Positions 28,517-38,397 of a stretch of DNA of 64,000 bases are shown here, in pieces. Position 1 is the first letter of the stretch, and the number at the start of each line of letters is the position of its first letter. The stretch comes from Planctomycetota bacterium (GTDB lineage Bacteria > Planctomycetota > PLA2 > JAEUHO01): contig JBFWRP010000004.1 in the NCBI GenBank assembly GCA_050248855.1, forward strand, positions 128,001-192,000, given 5' to 3'. Made by a program: the position numbers and the translations under genes. Below the pieces are notes generated by a model, which saw only the letters and a list, made by a program, of their open reading frames with translations, had not been told where the DNA came from and ran no database searches.

Positions 28517-29545
28517 ATGCGCGTGCTGGGCATCGACACGAGCTGCGACGACACCGCCGCCGCCGTCCTGGACGGCCCGCGCACGGTGCTCAGCAACGTC
28601 GTGGCGTCGCAGCACGACCTCCACGCCGCGTTCGGCGGCGTCGTGCCCGAGATCGCCAGCCGCGCGCATGCGGAGCGGATCAGTGCCGTGATCGCCACGG
28701 CGCTCGCGGAGGCCGGGGCGACGCCGGCGTCGCTGGACGCCATCGCCGTCACGAACCGCCCCGGCTTGGTCGGCTCCTTGCTCGTCGGCGTGGCCGCGGC
28801 CAAGACCCTGGCCTGGGCCTGGGACCTGCCGCTGGTCGGCGTCCACCACATCGAGGCGCACGTGCTCTCCGCACTGGCCGACCACCCCCAGCTGGAGCCG
28901 CCGTTCGTATCCCTCGTGGCCTCCGGCGGCCACACCGCGCTGTACCTCGCCGAGGACCTGGCCACGATCCACTGCCTCGGCGCCACCGTGGACGACGCCG
29001 CGGGCGAGAGCTTCGACAAGGTCGCCGTGCTGCTCGACCTCCCCCAGCCCGGAGGCCCGCACGTCTCGCGGCTGGCCGAGGCGGGCAATCCGCAGGCGGT
29101 GCGCTTCCCCCGTTCGCGCCCGGGCGCCGACCCGATGGGCTTCTCGTTCTCGGGGCTCAAGACGGCCGTGCTCTACCACCTCAAGGGCCCGGGCGGAAAG
29201 CGCGACGCGCCTGACCGACCCGACCTCGAGACGTCACCCGCCGACGTGGCTGCGTCCTTCGAGATGGCCGTGGTCGACGTGCTCGCGACGCGCACGTGCG
29301 AGGCGGTCGCCGCCACGGGCGTGCGACGCGTCGCGATCGGCGGCGGCGTGGCGGCCAATCGCACGCTGCGACGCGTGCTGGCCGAGCGGCTGCCGCGCGA
29401 CGTGCCGCTCTACGCCCCCTCGCCCACGCTCTGCGTGGACAACGGCGCCATGATCGCGCTGCGCGGCCATGCGCTGTTGGAGCAGGGCGTTCGCTCCAGC
29501 CTGGATCTTGAGGTGTGCGCGACCGGGGACGACGCGGCAGGGTAG
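28517..29545 (+). CDS. tsaD: tRNA N6-adenosine threonylcarbamoyltransferase
   Basis: LGIDTSCDDT, GGVVPEIASRAH, VHHIEAH, SGGHT, DDAAGESFDK, FSFSGLKT and CVDNGAMI motifs. Confidence 0.96.
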   Translation: MRVLGIDTSCDDTAAAVLDGPRTVLSNVVASQHDLHAAFGGVVPEIASRAHAERISAVIATALAEAGATPASLDAIAVTNRPGLVGSLLVGVAAAKTLAWAWDLPLVGVHHIEAHVLSALADHPQLEPPFVSLVASGGHTALYLAEDLATIHCLGATVDDAAGESFDKVAVLLDLPQPGGPHVSRLAEAGNPQAVRFPRSRPGADPMGFSFSGLKTAVLYHLKGPGGKRDAPDRPDLETSPADVAASFEMAVVDVLATRTCEAVAATGVRRVAIGGGVAANRTLRRVLAERLPRDVPLYAPSPTLCVDNGAMIALRGHALLEQGVRSSLDLEVCATGDDAAG

Positions 29546-30862
29546 CTACCGGCCGAGCAGGCGAACCGCTTCGGCCAGCTGGGGATCGAGCTCGTCGGCG
29601 GGGACGTCCGGATAGCGCGGCGCCTCGCCCCACGGGACGCCCTCTTCGTTGCCCCACTGCTGCAGGAGGCGCAGCTCCTGCTCGGCCGTGAGCTCGACGA
29701 CCACGTCGGGCAGCAGCCCCGCGGGCTCGTGGTTGCCCGAGACGCCTTCCCCGGCCGCGTCGCCCGGGGCTTGGAACGAGCGCCCGCTGGGCAGGTAGTA
29801 GCGCGACGTCGTCAGCTTCAGGCCCGCTCCGCGGCGCGGGATCTCAACGATCGACTGCACGAGGAACTTGCCGTAGGTGCGCGTGCCCGCGACGACCGCA
29901 CGCCGGTGGTCCTGGAAGGCGCCCGCCACGACCTCGCTGGCACTCGCGCTGCGGCCGTCGACGAGGACCACGATGGGCAGGCCCAACAGGTCGGAGGGCT
30001 CGGCCCGCGCGCTGATCGAGCGATTGCCCTCGCGCACGCGACCCTCCATGCGCACGATCACGCCGCGGTCGAGGAAGCGGTCCACGAGGTCGGTGGCCAC
30101 GGTGAGCAGCCCGCCGCCGTTGTGGCGCAGGTCCAGGACGAGCGCTTCGATGCGCGGGGGGGCGAAGAAGGCCGCGAGGTCCTGCTCGATCTCGTGCGCG
30201 GTCTCCTCGGTGAAATCGGTCAGACGCAGCACGCCGATGCGCCCGCCGGGGCCGACGCGCCGCGTGAAGGTGGTCGGGGGCCGGATCACGTCGCGGGTGA
30301 CGTCCACGCGCCGCGCCGTGGCGTGCAGCGCGCCGCCCTCCGGTCGCGGGCCGGGAGCGACGGCAACCGTCACCACGCTGCCTGCGGTGCCCTTCAGCCA
30401 ACGGGTCACCGTGTCGATGTCGACGCCCTCCAGGCGCTGCCCCTGGACGGCCGTGATCGTCTCGCCGGGCACGATGCCGGCGCGCGCGGCGGGGCCGTCG
30501 GGCCACACCCCCACGACGTGCAGCCCCTCGGGTACCGCATCGATCTTGACGCCCAGGCCCGCGTAGCGGCCCTGCGTGTCTTCCTTCCAGCGGAGGTAGC
30601 GCTCGGGCGGGATGAACTCGCAGTAGCGATCGAAATGGACGTAGGCGTCCATCGCCCGGTAGAAGGCCTCGCGCGCCGCCTCGCCATCGAGCTCGTCGAC
30701 GTAGCTGGCCTGCACCTGCTCGCGCACGAAGCGCGCCATCGGCTCGTCCCACCAGGTCTCGGCGCCGCCGCCCCGGGCCCCAGCGCGCCGCGAGGCAAAG
30801 ACGAACGCCGCGAACAGCAGCAGGATCGAGAGGCTGAGGACGGCAGCGGTCAGCGGTCGCAT
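29546..30862 (-). CDS. S41 carboxyl-terminal protease (PDZ + tail-specific protease)
   Basis: YAGLGV PDZ, LDLRHNGGGLL, SASASEVVAGAFQD and TYGKFLVQ. Confidence 0.93.
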   Translation of the reverse strand: MRPLTAAVLSLSILLLFAAFVFASRRAGARGGGAETWWDEPMARFVREQVQASYVDELDGEAAREAFYRAMDAYVHFDRYCEFIPPERYLRWKEDTQGRYAGLGVKIDAVPEGLHVVGVWPDGPAARAGIVPGETITAVQGQRLEGVDIDTVTRWLKGTAGSVVTVAVAPGPRPEGGALHATARRVDVTRDVIRPPTTFTRRVGPGGRIGVLRLTDFTEETAHEIEQDLAAFFAPPRIEALVLDLRHNGGGLLTVATDLVDRFLDRGVIVRMEGRVREGNRSISARAEPSDLLGLPIVVLVDGRSASASEVVAGAFQDHRRAVVAGTRTYGKFLVQSIVEIPRRGAGLKLTTSRYYLPSGRSFQAPGDAAGEGVSGNHEPAGLLPDVVVELTAEQELRLLQQWGNEEGVPWGEAPRYPDVPADELDPQLAEAVRLLGR

Positions 30863-30901
30863 CCGCGCTCCTTCGTCGGCAGTCGGTCGGGGTGCCCGCC
30901 G

Positions 30902-32155
30902 TCAGGCCGACGGGTCCGCCGACGCACCGGGGAGATCGGGCGGCTCCCCGGGGGTCGGCCCGTCGAGGCTACCGAGGAGTTCGGGATCGAGCGGAGCGAT
31001 CTTCCTGCGCTTGCGCTTGCCGCGGGTCGGCGAGAGGGCCCGCATGGACTCGAGACGGCCGTAGCACAGCATCCGGTCGTGGGCCTCGATCACGCGGTGC
31101 CCGCGGGGGTTGGAGATCACGCCCGTGCCGCGCTGCAGCGTCAGCACGACGATGTCCTTCTCGCGCAGCCCCGAGGTCTCGATGGTCCGCCCGACGAGCT
31201 CGTGGGCGGCGGGAATCGAGATCTCGGCCACCCCGTAGCCGCGGGTCACGGTGAGGCGCTGGCGCAGGTCGATCTCGGGGAAGTCCGTCTGGTCGGCGAT
31301 GTAGTCGACGATGGCGCCGGCGACGTCGAGCCCCGTAGCGTGCTCGATGCCTTCCAACCCCGGCGAGCTGTTGACCTCCATGACCAGCGGACCCTCGTCG
31401 CTCTCGAGCAGGTCCACGCCGGCCACCCGGAGCCCCATGATCTGGGCGGCGCGCACGGCCGTCGTCTCGAAGGCCGGCTCCAGCTGGACCGCGCCCACCG
31501 TGCCGCCGCGGTGGACGTTGCTGCGGAACTCGTCGCCCTGCGCGGTGCGGCGCATGGCCGCCACGACGCGGTCGCCGACCACGATCGCCCGGAGGTCGGT
31601 GCCCCGGCTCTCGCGGATGAAGCGCTGCACGAGCACGTTCTGCCGGGCGGACTGCAGGGTCTCGATGATCGCCTCGGCGACCTTGGTGGTCTCGGCCAGG
31701 ATCACGCCGACTCCCTGCGTGCCCTCGAGGATCTTGATGATGATGGGCGCGCCGCCCAGGCGTTCGATGGCCGGGAGCACGTCCTCGCGATCGCGCACGA
31801 ACGTCGTGTGCGGGATGCCGATGTCGTGCCGGGACAGGATCTGGAGCGAGCGCAGCTTGTCGCGCGCGTTGGCAATGCCGTTCGCCGTGTTGGGCGTGTA
31901 CACGTCCATCTGCTCGAACTGGCGGACGACGGCCGTACCGAAGTACGTCACGGAGGCCCCGATGCGCGGCAGGATCGCGTCGACGCGACGCATGGGCTTG
32001 CTGCGGTACCAGAGAGTGGGCTCGCCGTGCTCCAGCTCGATGGCAAAGCGCAGCGTGTCGCGCACCTTGGGCGTGTGGCCGCGCTGCAACGCAGCCTGGC
32101 GCAGGCGACGGGTGCTGTAGCAGCCGGGGGCCGTGGAGAGGATGGCGAGCCGCAC
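30902..32155 (-). CDS. rimK: RimK-family ATP-grasp ligase with a C-terminal TrkA-C/RCK_C domain
   Basis: ILPRIGASVT, RDKLRSLQ, GTQGVGV, FRSNVHRGG and EVNSSPGLEGIE; the tail LVGRTIETSGLREKDIVVLTLQRG..NPRGHRVIEAHDRM is RCK_C-like. Confidence 0.9.
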   Translation of the reverse strand: MRLAILSTAPGCYSTRRLRQAALQRGHTPKVRDTLRFAIELEHGEPTLWYRSKPMRRVDAILPRIGASVTYFGTAVVRQFEQMDVYTPNTANGIANARDKLRSLQILSRHDIGIPHTTFVRDREDVLPAIERLGGAPIIIKILEGTQGVGVILAETTKVAEAIIETLQSARQNVLVQRFIRESRGTDLRAIVVGDRVVAAMRRTAQGDEFRSNVHRGGTVGAVQLEPAFETTAVRAAQIMGLRVAGVDLLESDEGPLVMEVNSSPGLEGIEHATGLDVAGAIVDYIADQTDFPEIDLRQRLTVTRGYGVAEISIPAAHELVGRTIETSGLREKDIVVLTLQRGTGVISNPRGHRVIEAHDRMLCYGRLESMRALSPTRGKRKRRKIAPLDPELLGSLDGPTPGEPPDLPGASADPSA

Positions 32156-32331
32156 GAGGCGTCTCCAGGGGAAGGGGGCGGGAGTCTACCCCCCTCCTCC
32201 GGGACCCAAGCGTTCAGGCCTGGGCTGGGCGCCGGAGCAGCGCCTGCCACGCACGGCACCCACTTGCCTCACCCGAGAGCCGCCCCCCCAGGGTGCGCCG
32301 ACGCCGCTTGGATCTGAGCGCGGCCGCCGCG

Positions 32332-32437
32332 CATCGGGTCGTCAGGGCGACGGTAGCGCGCCAGCATCGGCGACGACTCGTGGTCTGTTCCCTCGAGGAG
32401 CCGATGCTGGTGCGGGACCGAGCATCTGACGAGCCGC
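32332..32437. repeat. Structured intergenic repeat, copy 2
   Basis: Homologous to 23744-23850; contains the 15-bp stem CGCGCCAGCATCGGC/GCCGATGCTGGTGCG. Confidence 0.9.
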
Positions 32438-32475
32438 ACCACCGAGTGCAAGGGGGGTGAACGCTTGCGGCGGGA

Positions 32476-33180
32476 CTACCCCAGGTAGGCCTTGCGCACC
32501 TCCGGATCCACGAGGAGGCGCTCGGCGGTGTCCTCGAGCACGACGCGACCGGTCTCGAGGACGTAGCCCCGGTGGGCGGTCTTCAGCGCCAAGTGGGCGT
32601 TCTGTTCGACCAGCAGGATGGTGGTGCCCAGCTCCCGGTTGACGCGGGCGATCTCCGTGAAGATCTGGCGCACGAGCAGGGGGGCGATGCCCAGGCTGGG
32701 CTCGTCCAGGAGCAGCAGCCGGGGGCCGGCCATCAACGCGCGGCCGATGGCCAGCATCTGCTGCTCGCCCCCCGAGAGCGTTCCGCCGCTCTGGTCCTTG
32801 CGCTCCTCCAAGCGCGGGAACAGTCCGAACACCTGTTCCAGCCGTTGGCCCACGACGCCGCGGTCCCGGACGAGGTAGGCCCCCATCTCGAGGTTCTCGA
32901 GCACGGTGAGGCGCGTGAAGATCCGGCGCCCTTCGGGGGCGTGGGCGATCCCCAAGCGGACGATCCGCTCGGCGGAGGCGTTCTCGATGGCCTTCCCCTC
33001 GAAACGCACCGACCCACGGCTCGGGCGGTGCAGGCCCGACAGCGCGCGGAGCGTGGTCGTCTTGCCGGCGCCGTTGCAGCCGATGAGCGTGACGATCTCC
33101 CCCTCGTCGACCCGCAGCGAGACGCCGTGCAGGGCCTGGATGCGCCCGTAGGCGACGTCGAGCCCTTCGACCTGCAGCAT
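32476..33180 (-). CDS. livF: Branched-chain amino acid ABC transporter ATPase
   Basis: GCNGAGKTT, PEGRRIF, LSGGEQQM, LLLDEPSLG and VEQNA motifs. Confidence 0.93.
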   Translation of the reverse strand: MLQVEGLDVAYGRIQALHGVSLRVDEGEIVTLIGCNGAGKTTTLRALSGLHRPSRGSVRFEGKAIENASAERIVRLGIAHAPEGRRIFTRLTVLENLEMGAYLVRDRGVVGQRLEQVFGLFPRLEERKDQSGGTLSGGEQQMLAIGRALMAGPRLLLLDEPSLGIAPLLVRQIFTEIARVNRELGTTILLVEQNAHLALKTAHRGYVLETGRVVLEDTAERLLVDPEVRKAYLG

Positions 33181-33950
33181 CAGGCCTCCCCCCCGAGGTA
33201 GGCCTCGATCACCCTGGGGTCGGCACGGACTTCGTCCGGCGTCCCGTGCGCGATGCGCTCGCCGTGGTCGAGCACCACGATGCGTTCGCAGATGCCCATC
33301 ACGAACTTCATGTCGTGTTCGATCAGGAGGATGGCGAGCCCGAGGTCGTCGCGCAGCCGGCGCACCGTGTTCATCAGGTCCACCTTCTCGGCGGGGTTCA
33401 TGCCGGCCGCGGGCTCGTCGAGCAGCAACAGCTGCGGGCCCAGCGCCAGGGCGCGGCAGATTTCGAGCTTGCGCTGGTCGCCGTAGGGCAGGTCGCCCGC
33501 GCGATCCCCGGCTTCGTCGGCGAGGCCGAGGCGGTCCAGCAACCCGAGGACGTCGTCGCGGATCGACGCCTCGGCGCGCCGAAAGGCCGGCAGCCGCAGC
33601 ACGCTCGCCCAGATCCCGGTACCGGGTCGTGCAGGCAGCACGGCGGCCACGTTGTCGGCCACGGTCATGTCCTGCCACAGGCGGATGTTCTGGAACGTGC
33701 GCGCCATCCCCAGCCGCGCCCGCTCCCAGGGCGCCAGCTTGGCGATGTCGTGGCCCTGCCAGCGGACGGCGCCCGACGTGACGGTGTCGGCCCCCGTGAT
33801 GAGGTTGAACAGGGTGGTCTTGCCCGCGCCGTTGGCGCCGATGAGCCCCACGAGCTCGCCCTGCTCCAGCGACAGGGAAACGTCGCTGACAGCCGTCAAG
33901 CCGCCGTAGCACTTCGTGACGTGCTCCACTTCGAAGAGAGTCGTGGTCAC
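33180..33950 (-). CDS. livG: Branched-chain amino acid ABC transporter ATPase
   Basis: GANGAGKTT, ARTFQNIRL, LPYGDQRKLEI, DEPAAGMNP and VIEAYLG motifs. Confidence 0.93.
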   Translation of the reverse strand: MTTTLFEVEHVTKCYGGLTAVSDVSLSLEQGELVGLIGANGAGKTTLFNLITGADTVTSGAVRWQGHDIAKLAPWERARLGMARTFQNIRLWQDMTVADNVAAVLPARPGTGIWASVLRLPAFRRAEASIRDDVLGLLDRLGLADEAGDRAGDLPYGDQRKLEICRALALGPQLLLLDEPAAGMNPAEKVDLMNTVRRLRDDLGLAILLIEHDMKFVMGICERIVVLDHGERIAHGTPDEVRADPRVIEAYLGGEA

Positions 33951-34921
33951 GCGGCCCCTCCCTCCGTGCGAGCCCGCCGCTTGGCCTTCCACTCCCGGAC
34001 GATGTCGGTGAGCTCCCGCGGCCCGAAGATCCCCTTGGGCCGGAAGATCATCATGAGGATCAGCAGCAGGGCGAAGATGACCTGCGACCACTGACCGATG
34101 ATCCCGCCCCTCATGATGAGCGCACGCTCCGTGGCGTAGAACACGACGGCAGCCACGATGCAGCCCGAGAGCGAGCCGAGCCCCCCGAGCACGACCACGA
34201 GGAAGATGTAGACCATGCGGACGAACTCGAAGTCCTTGGTGGCCACGCTGCCGCTGTAGTGGGCGAAGAGGGCGCCGGCCAAGCCGGCGATGCCCGAGCC
34301 CACGACGAACACGAACACGCGACTGCGGGCCGGTGGCAGGCCAAGCAACCCGGCCGCTACTTCGTCCTGGGCCACGGCGAGCATCACCCGGCCCTTGCTG
34401 CTGCGGATGAAGTTGCGGATGCCCAAGGCAACGAGGACCACGACACCCACCAGCACGCCGAGGTAGATCAGGCGGTACGTGAGCTGAGTCGACGGACTCA
34501 GCTCGAACAGGACGTGGCGGACGCCCATCCCCGGCGGCACGCGACTGTCCAGGGCGGTCACGACCTGCCGAACGCCCTCGCCGAAGCCCAAGGTCGCAAT
34601 GGCCAGGTAGTCGCCACGCAGACGCAGGCACGGGACGCCGATGGCAAGTCCGCCCAGGGCCGCCAGGGCCGTGCCGAAGAGGACGCTCACGAGGAGCACC
34701 AGCACACCCGGAAGGCCCGGATCGAGCTCGGCTGTCATCCAGGCGGCGCCGTACGCCCCGAGGAAGTAGAAGCCGTGGTGCCCCAAGCTGAACATGCGTC
34801 CCCACCCGTTGATCAGGTTGAGGGACAGCGCGAGCAACACGAGCACGGAGATCTGGATCAGCTGGTCGGGCAGCCACAGATGCAGCATCATCGCCAACGG
34901 CAGGTCGCCGAGCCCGCCCAT
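33947..34921 (-). CDS. livM: Branched-chain amino acid ABC transporter permease
   Basis: SLGHHGF, LRLRGDYLAIATLGFGE, VVLGGLGSLSG and RPKGIFG motifs. Confidence 0.92.
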   Translation of the reverse strand: MGGLGDLPLAMMLHLWLPDQLIQISVLVLLALSLNLINGWGRMFSLGHHGFYFLGAYGAAWMTAELDPGLPGVLVLLVSVLFGTALAALGGLAIGVPCLRLRGDYLAIATLGFGEGVRQVVTALDSRVPPGMGVRHVLFELSPSTQLTYRLIYLGVLVGVVVLVALGIRNFIRSSKGRVMLAVAQDEVAAGLLGLPPARSRVFVFVVGSGIAGLAGALFAHYSGSVATKDFEFVRMVYIFLVVVLGGLGSLSGCIVAAVVFYATERALIMRGGIIGQWSQVIFALLLILMMIFRPKGIFGPRELTDIVREWKAKRRARTEGGAA

Positions 34922-35985
34922 CAGACCTTCTCCCGCAACGGTCGCCCGAGAAGGCCCGTGGGTCGGATGACCAGCACGACGATCAGGAACACGTAGGCCA
35001 AGGCTTCCTGGAACGCCTTGGCCTCGCTCCAGCCCGCCTCCTCGAGCAGCCAGGGGAGCCCGAACTCGGCCATGCCCAGCACCAAGCCCCCGACGAGGGC
35101 TCCCGGGATCGAGCCGATGCCACCGATGACGGCAGCGATGAATGCCTTCAACCCCGGGATCCAGCCGGTGAGCGGCCTGACGCTTCCGTAGGTGCTGCAG
35201 AACGCCACACCCCCGATCCCGGCGAGCACCGCACCCAGGAAGAACGTCCACGCCACGACGCGGTCGAGATTGATGCCCATCAGCTTCGCAGCATCTGGAT
35301 CCTCGGACACGGCACGCATCGCCCGGCCCATGCGCGTGCGCTGGACGAGGAACCAGAGGACGGGCGCGCACAGCACCAACAGGGCGAGCACGAAGCCCTG
35401 CTTGCCCTCCTTGGTGATGCCCATCGACTTGACGACACGCTCCACGCCGGCGGCTTTCAGCTCGGCACGTCGGGCGGCCGTAACCGGCTCGCCGGCCTTG
35501 ATGACCGCGGCGGGATCATCGCGGCGGCGATAGCTGGCGTCCGCTGGCGAGGGCACGTCGTCGACGCTCACCCAGATCCCGGGCTCCGGGTACGCACGCG
35601 CCCCCGCGCCCCACACCTGGATGGCGAGGTTCTGGAGGAAGAACGACACGCCGACGGCCGTGAGCAGGGCGGCGATGCGGCCCGCGTGCCGCACGGGGCG
35701 ATACGCCAAACGCTCGGTCACCACGGCCAAGAGGCCGGCCGCCAACCCGGCCGCCGCGAGCGCCAGGAAGAAGGCGAGCAACACCGGCAGCGGCTGCGGG
35801 AGCGGCAGCTCCTCGATCCGCGAGTCACGCAGCACGAACAGGCCGACGAACCCGCCCACCATGAAGAACTCGCCATGGGCGAAGTTGATGAGGCGGATGA
35901 TCCCGTAGACCATCGTGTAGCCCAGCGCGATGAAGGCGTAGATCGCCCCCAGCCCCAAGCCGTCGAGCAGTATGTTCGCGAGCAC
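34921..35985 (-). CDS. livH: Branched-chain amino acid ABC transporter permease
   Basis: ALGYTMVYGIIRLINFAHGE, GRAMRAVSED and KAFIAAVIGGIGSIPGA motifs. Confidence 0.93.
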   Translation of the reverse strand: MLANILLDGLGLGAIYAFIALGYTMVYGIIRLINFAHGEFFMVGGFVGLFVLRDSRIEELPLPQPLPVLLAFFLALAAAGLAAGLLAVVTERLAYRPVRHAGRIAALLTAVGVSFFLQNLAIQVWGAGARAYPEPGIWVSVDDVPSPADASYRRRDDPAAVIKAGEPVTAARRAELKAAGVERVVKSMGITKEGKQGFVLALLVLCAPVLWFLVQRTRMGRAMRAVSEDPDAAKLMGINLDRVVAWTFFLGAVLAGIGGVAFCSTYGSVRPLTGWIPGLKAFIAAVIGGIGSIPGALVGGLVLGMAEFGLPWLLEEAGWSEAKAFQEALAYVFLIVVLVIRPTGLLGRPLREKV

Positions 35986-36011
35986 GCGGTGGGTCCGCTA
36001 CGCGTTGCGGA

Positions 36012-37139
36012 TCAGGGGTTGATGGTCGCGTGGTACTTCTTGGCGCCCGCTTCGACGCGGACGATCACCACGTCCTTCACCGGGGTGCGCTCGTCGTTGT
36101 CGAGCGAGATCGAGCCCGTGATGCCCTTCAAGCCCTTCGTGGCGGCGATCGCCTTGGCCAAGGCTTCTGCCGAAGGTGCCTCCCCGGCGCGCTGGACCGC
36201 ATCGGACATCACGAAGAGCACGTCGTAGCCCAGCGCCGCCATCGCGCCGGGCGCGGACCCGAACTTCTCCTCGTAGCGCTTGGCGAACGCCTGGACCCGA
36301 TCGTCGGGCGCGTCCGGCGCGAAGTGCGTGGTGAAGTAGATGGGGTTGGAGGCGCTGGCCACCAGCTGGATGAAGGTGTCCGAGTCGATCCCGTCACCGC
36401 CGATGACCGGGAGCTGCCCCCAGCGGCCCTGGGCCTGCTTGATCATCGCGCCGCCGTCCTCGTAGTAGCCGCTGAAGAAGACGACGTCGGGCGCGAAATC
36501 GGCCACACCCTGGATCACGTTGGAGAAGTCGGGGTTGCCGGCCTTGAAGAACTCGTCGTGCGCGGTACCGCCCTGGGCCTCGAAGCGCGTCTTGAAGTTG
36601 CTCGAGAGGCCGAGGCTGTAGTCCGACTCCTTGTCGATGATGACCGCGGCCTTCTTCCAGCCGTTCTCGAGGGCGAAGTTGGCCAGCACCGTGCCCTGGA
36701 AGCTGTCCTTGTAGCAGATGCGCGATAGGTAGGGATTGCCGGGCGTCAGCTGGTCGTTCGTGGACGCGGGCGTGATGCACGGAACGCCCGAAGCCTTGAC
36801 CACGGTGCCGATCTTCTTGGTGTTGGAAGAGGCGACGGAGCCGATGAGGGCGCGGGCGCCGTTGACCTCGATGAGGGTCTTGGCGCGCGACTCGGCCTCG
36901 GTGGGCTCGGACTTCTCGTCCTGCAGGACGAGCTCGAACGGCAGCTTGGCCCCGTCGGTCTGGAGATCCTCGAGCGCCAGCTGCATGCCGTTCCAGGACT
37001 CTTCCCCGTAGGTGGCCTGGGGTCCGGACATCGGCAGGATGACGCCGACGACGACCTTGCCGCTGTCGCTTCCGCAGCCGGCCAGGCTGCCCAGTGTGGC
37101 CACGCAGGCGATCGAGGCGAGCAGCAAACGGCGGATCAT
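36012..37139 (-). CDS. livK: Branched-chain amino acid ABC substrate-binding lipoprotein (LivJ/K family)
   Basis: Lipobox LAGC, PMSGPQATYG, TPASTND and GITGSISLD; first gene of the liv cluster. Confidence 0.88.
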   Translation of the reverse strand: MIRRLLLASIACVATLGSLAGCGSDSGKVVVGVILPMSGPQATYGEESWNGMQLALEDLQTDGAKLPFELVLQDEKSEPTEAESRAKTLIEVNGARALIGSVASSNTKKIGTVVKASGVPCITPASTNDQLTPGNPYLSRICYKDSFQGTVLANFALENGWKKAAVIIDKESDYSLGLSSNFKTRFEAQGGTAHDEFFKAGNPDFSNVIQGVADFAPDVVFFSGYYEDGGAMIKQAQGRWGQLPVIGGDGIDSDTFIQLVASASNPIYFTTHFAPDAPDDRVQAFAKRYEEKFGSAPGAMAALGYDVLFVMSDAVQRAGEAPSAEALAKAIAATKGLKGITGSISLDNDERTPVKDVVIVRVEAGAKKYHATINP

Positions 37140-37247
37140 GGCGGTTCTCCGGGGGGTCCAGCCTCAAGGAGTGCGGATCCTACCCGCATCCGTCCCCGCC
37201 CCGGAACCCCTCCCCGCTGGACGCCTTGGGCCCCGGGCGGAGGCGGC

Positions 37248-38378
37248 TCAGTCGAAGTCCCCGCGTCCGAACTCGTAGGGGTGATCGGCACCCACGTTGA
37301 GGACCAGGCCCAGGGCCAGGAAGCTCGTGAGCAGGCTGCTGCCGCCGTAGCTCATGAAGCCCAAGGGCATGCCGACGACGGGGAGGAGCCCCACCGTCAT
37401 CATCAGGTTGATGATCGCCTGGCAGGCGAACAGCGCGCCGACGCCGACGCAGAGCAGCCGCCCGCTGGGTTCTCGCACGCTCGAGCCCACGCGCAGGACC
37501 AGCCCGACGAGCAGGGCGTAGAGCAGGAACAGCACGACGGCGCCCCCCGTGCCGAAGGCCATCACGAACACGGGGTAGATGAAGTCCGAGTGGCGCTCGG
37601 GCAGGTAGCGCACGGCCTCGGCCGTGTCCTCGCCGAGGCCGGTCCCGAGGAACCCTGCCGTGCCGACGACGGTCTTGCTCTGGTGCAAGTGGTGCAGCTG
37701 GTGGCGCTGCAGCATCGTGTCGTCGGCGTGCTGCAGCAGGAAGGCGTGCACGCGGTCCTTCTGGTAGCCGCTCATGAGCCCGGGCAGGAAGAAGAGCGCC
37801 AGCCCGGCGAGCACGCCAAGCCCCATCACGAGGCCCAAGTGCTGGCGCCGGGCGCCCGCGACATAGAGCATCACGAGCAAGAGGGGCAGCAGCAGCAGCG
37901 CCGTGCCGAGATCCGGCTGCTTCATGATCAGCAGCACGGGCACCAGGGTGATCGCCAGCGGCCGCAGGAGACCGCGCAGCTCGCGGTGGCTGCGGTCGTA
38001 GCGGATGTAGCCGGCCAGCATCACGACCAGCACGACCTTCATGAGCTCGCTCGGCTGGGCGCGGAAGCCGCCCAGCTGGATCCAGCGCCCGGCGCTCTTG
38101 CCGCGGCCCACGACCAGCACCGCGACGAGCGCGAGCAGGCCGAGCGCGTAGACGAACCAGCGCGCGTCCACGATGCGCCGGTAGGGCACGGCGAGCACGA
38201 GCAGGCACGCGACCACGCCCAGCACGACCCAGCGCACCTGTGCCGCGCCGTAGTCGACGGCTTGGCCGAGGCTGGCCACGTGGACCGTGGCGGCGCCCAC
38301 GAGAGCGAGCAGCACGCCCACGCCCAGCAGCAGCCAGTTGGCGCGCTTCAGCCGATCGCCCAGGCTCAGCGCACGCAC
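37248..38378 (-). CDS. rodA: SEDS family peptidoglycan polymerase RodA
   Basis: RWIQLGG, QPSELMK, KQPDLGTA, LPERHSDFI and GMPLGFMSYGGSSL; directly follows PBP2. Confidence 0.93.
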   Translation of the reverse strand: MRALSLGDRLKRANWLLLGVGVLLALVGAATVHVASLGQAVDYGAAQVRWVVLGVVACLLVLAVPYRRIVDARWFVYALGLLALVAVLVVGRGKSAGRWIQLGGFRAQPSELMKVVLVVMLAGYIRYDRSHRELRGLLRPLAITLVPVLLIMKQPDLGTALLLLPLLLVMLYVAGARRQHLGLVMGLGVLAGLALFFLPGLMSGYQKDRVHAFLLQHADDTMLQRHQLHHLHQSKTVVGTAGFLGTGLGEDTAEAVRYLPERHSDFIYPVFVMAFGTGGAVVLFLLYALLVGLVLRVGSSVREPSGRLLCVGVGALFACQAIINLMMTVGLLPVVGMPLGFMSYGGSSLLTSFLALGLVLNVGADHPYEFGRGDFD

Positions 38379-38397
38379 GACGGAGGCCCTCCCTGCT

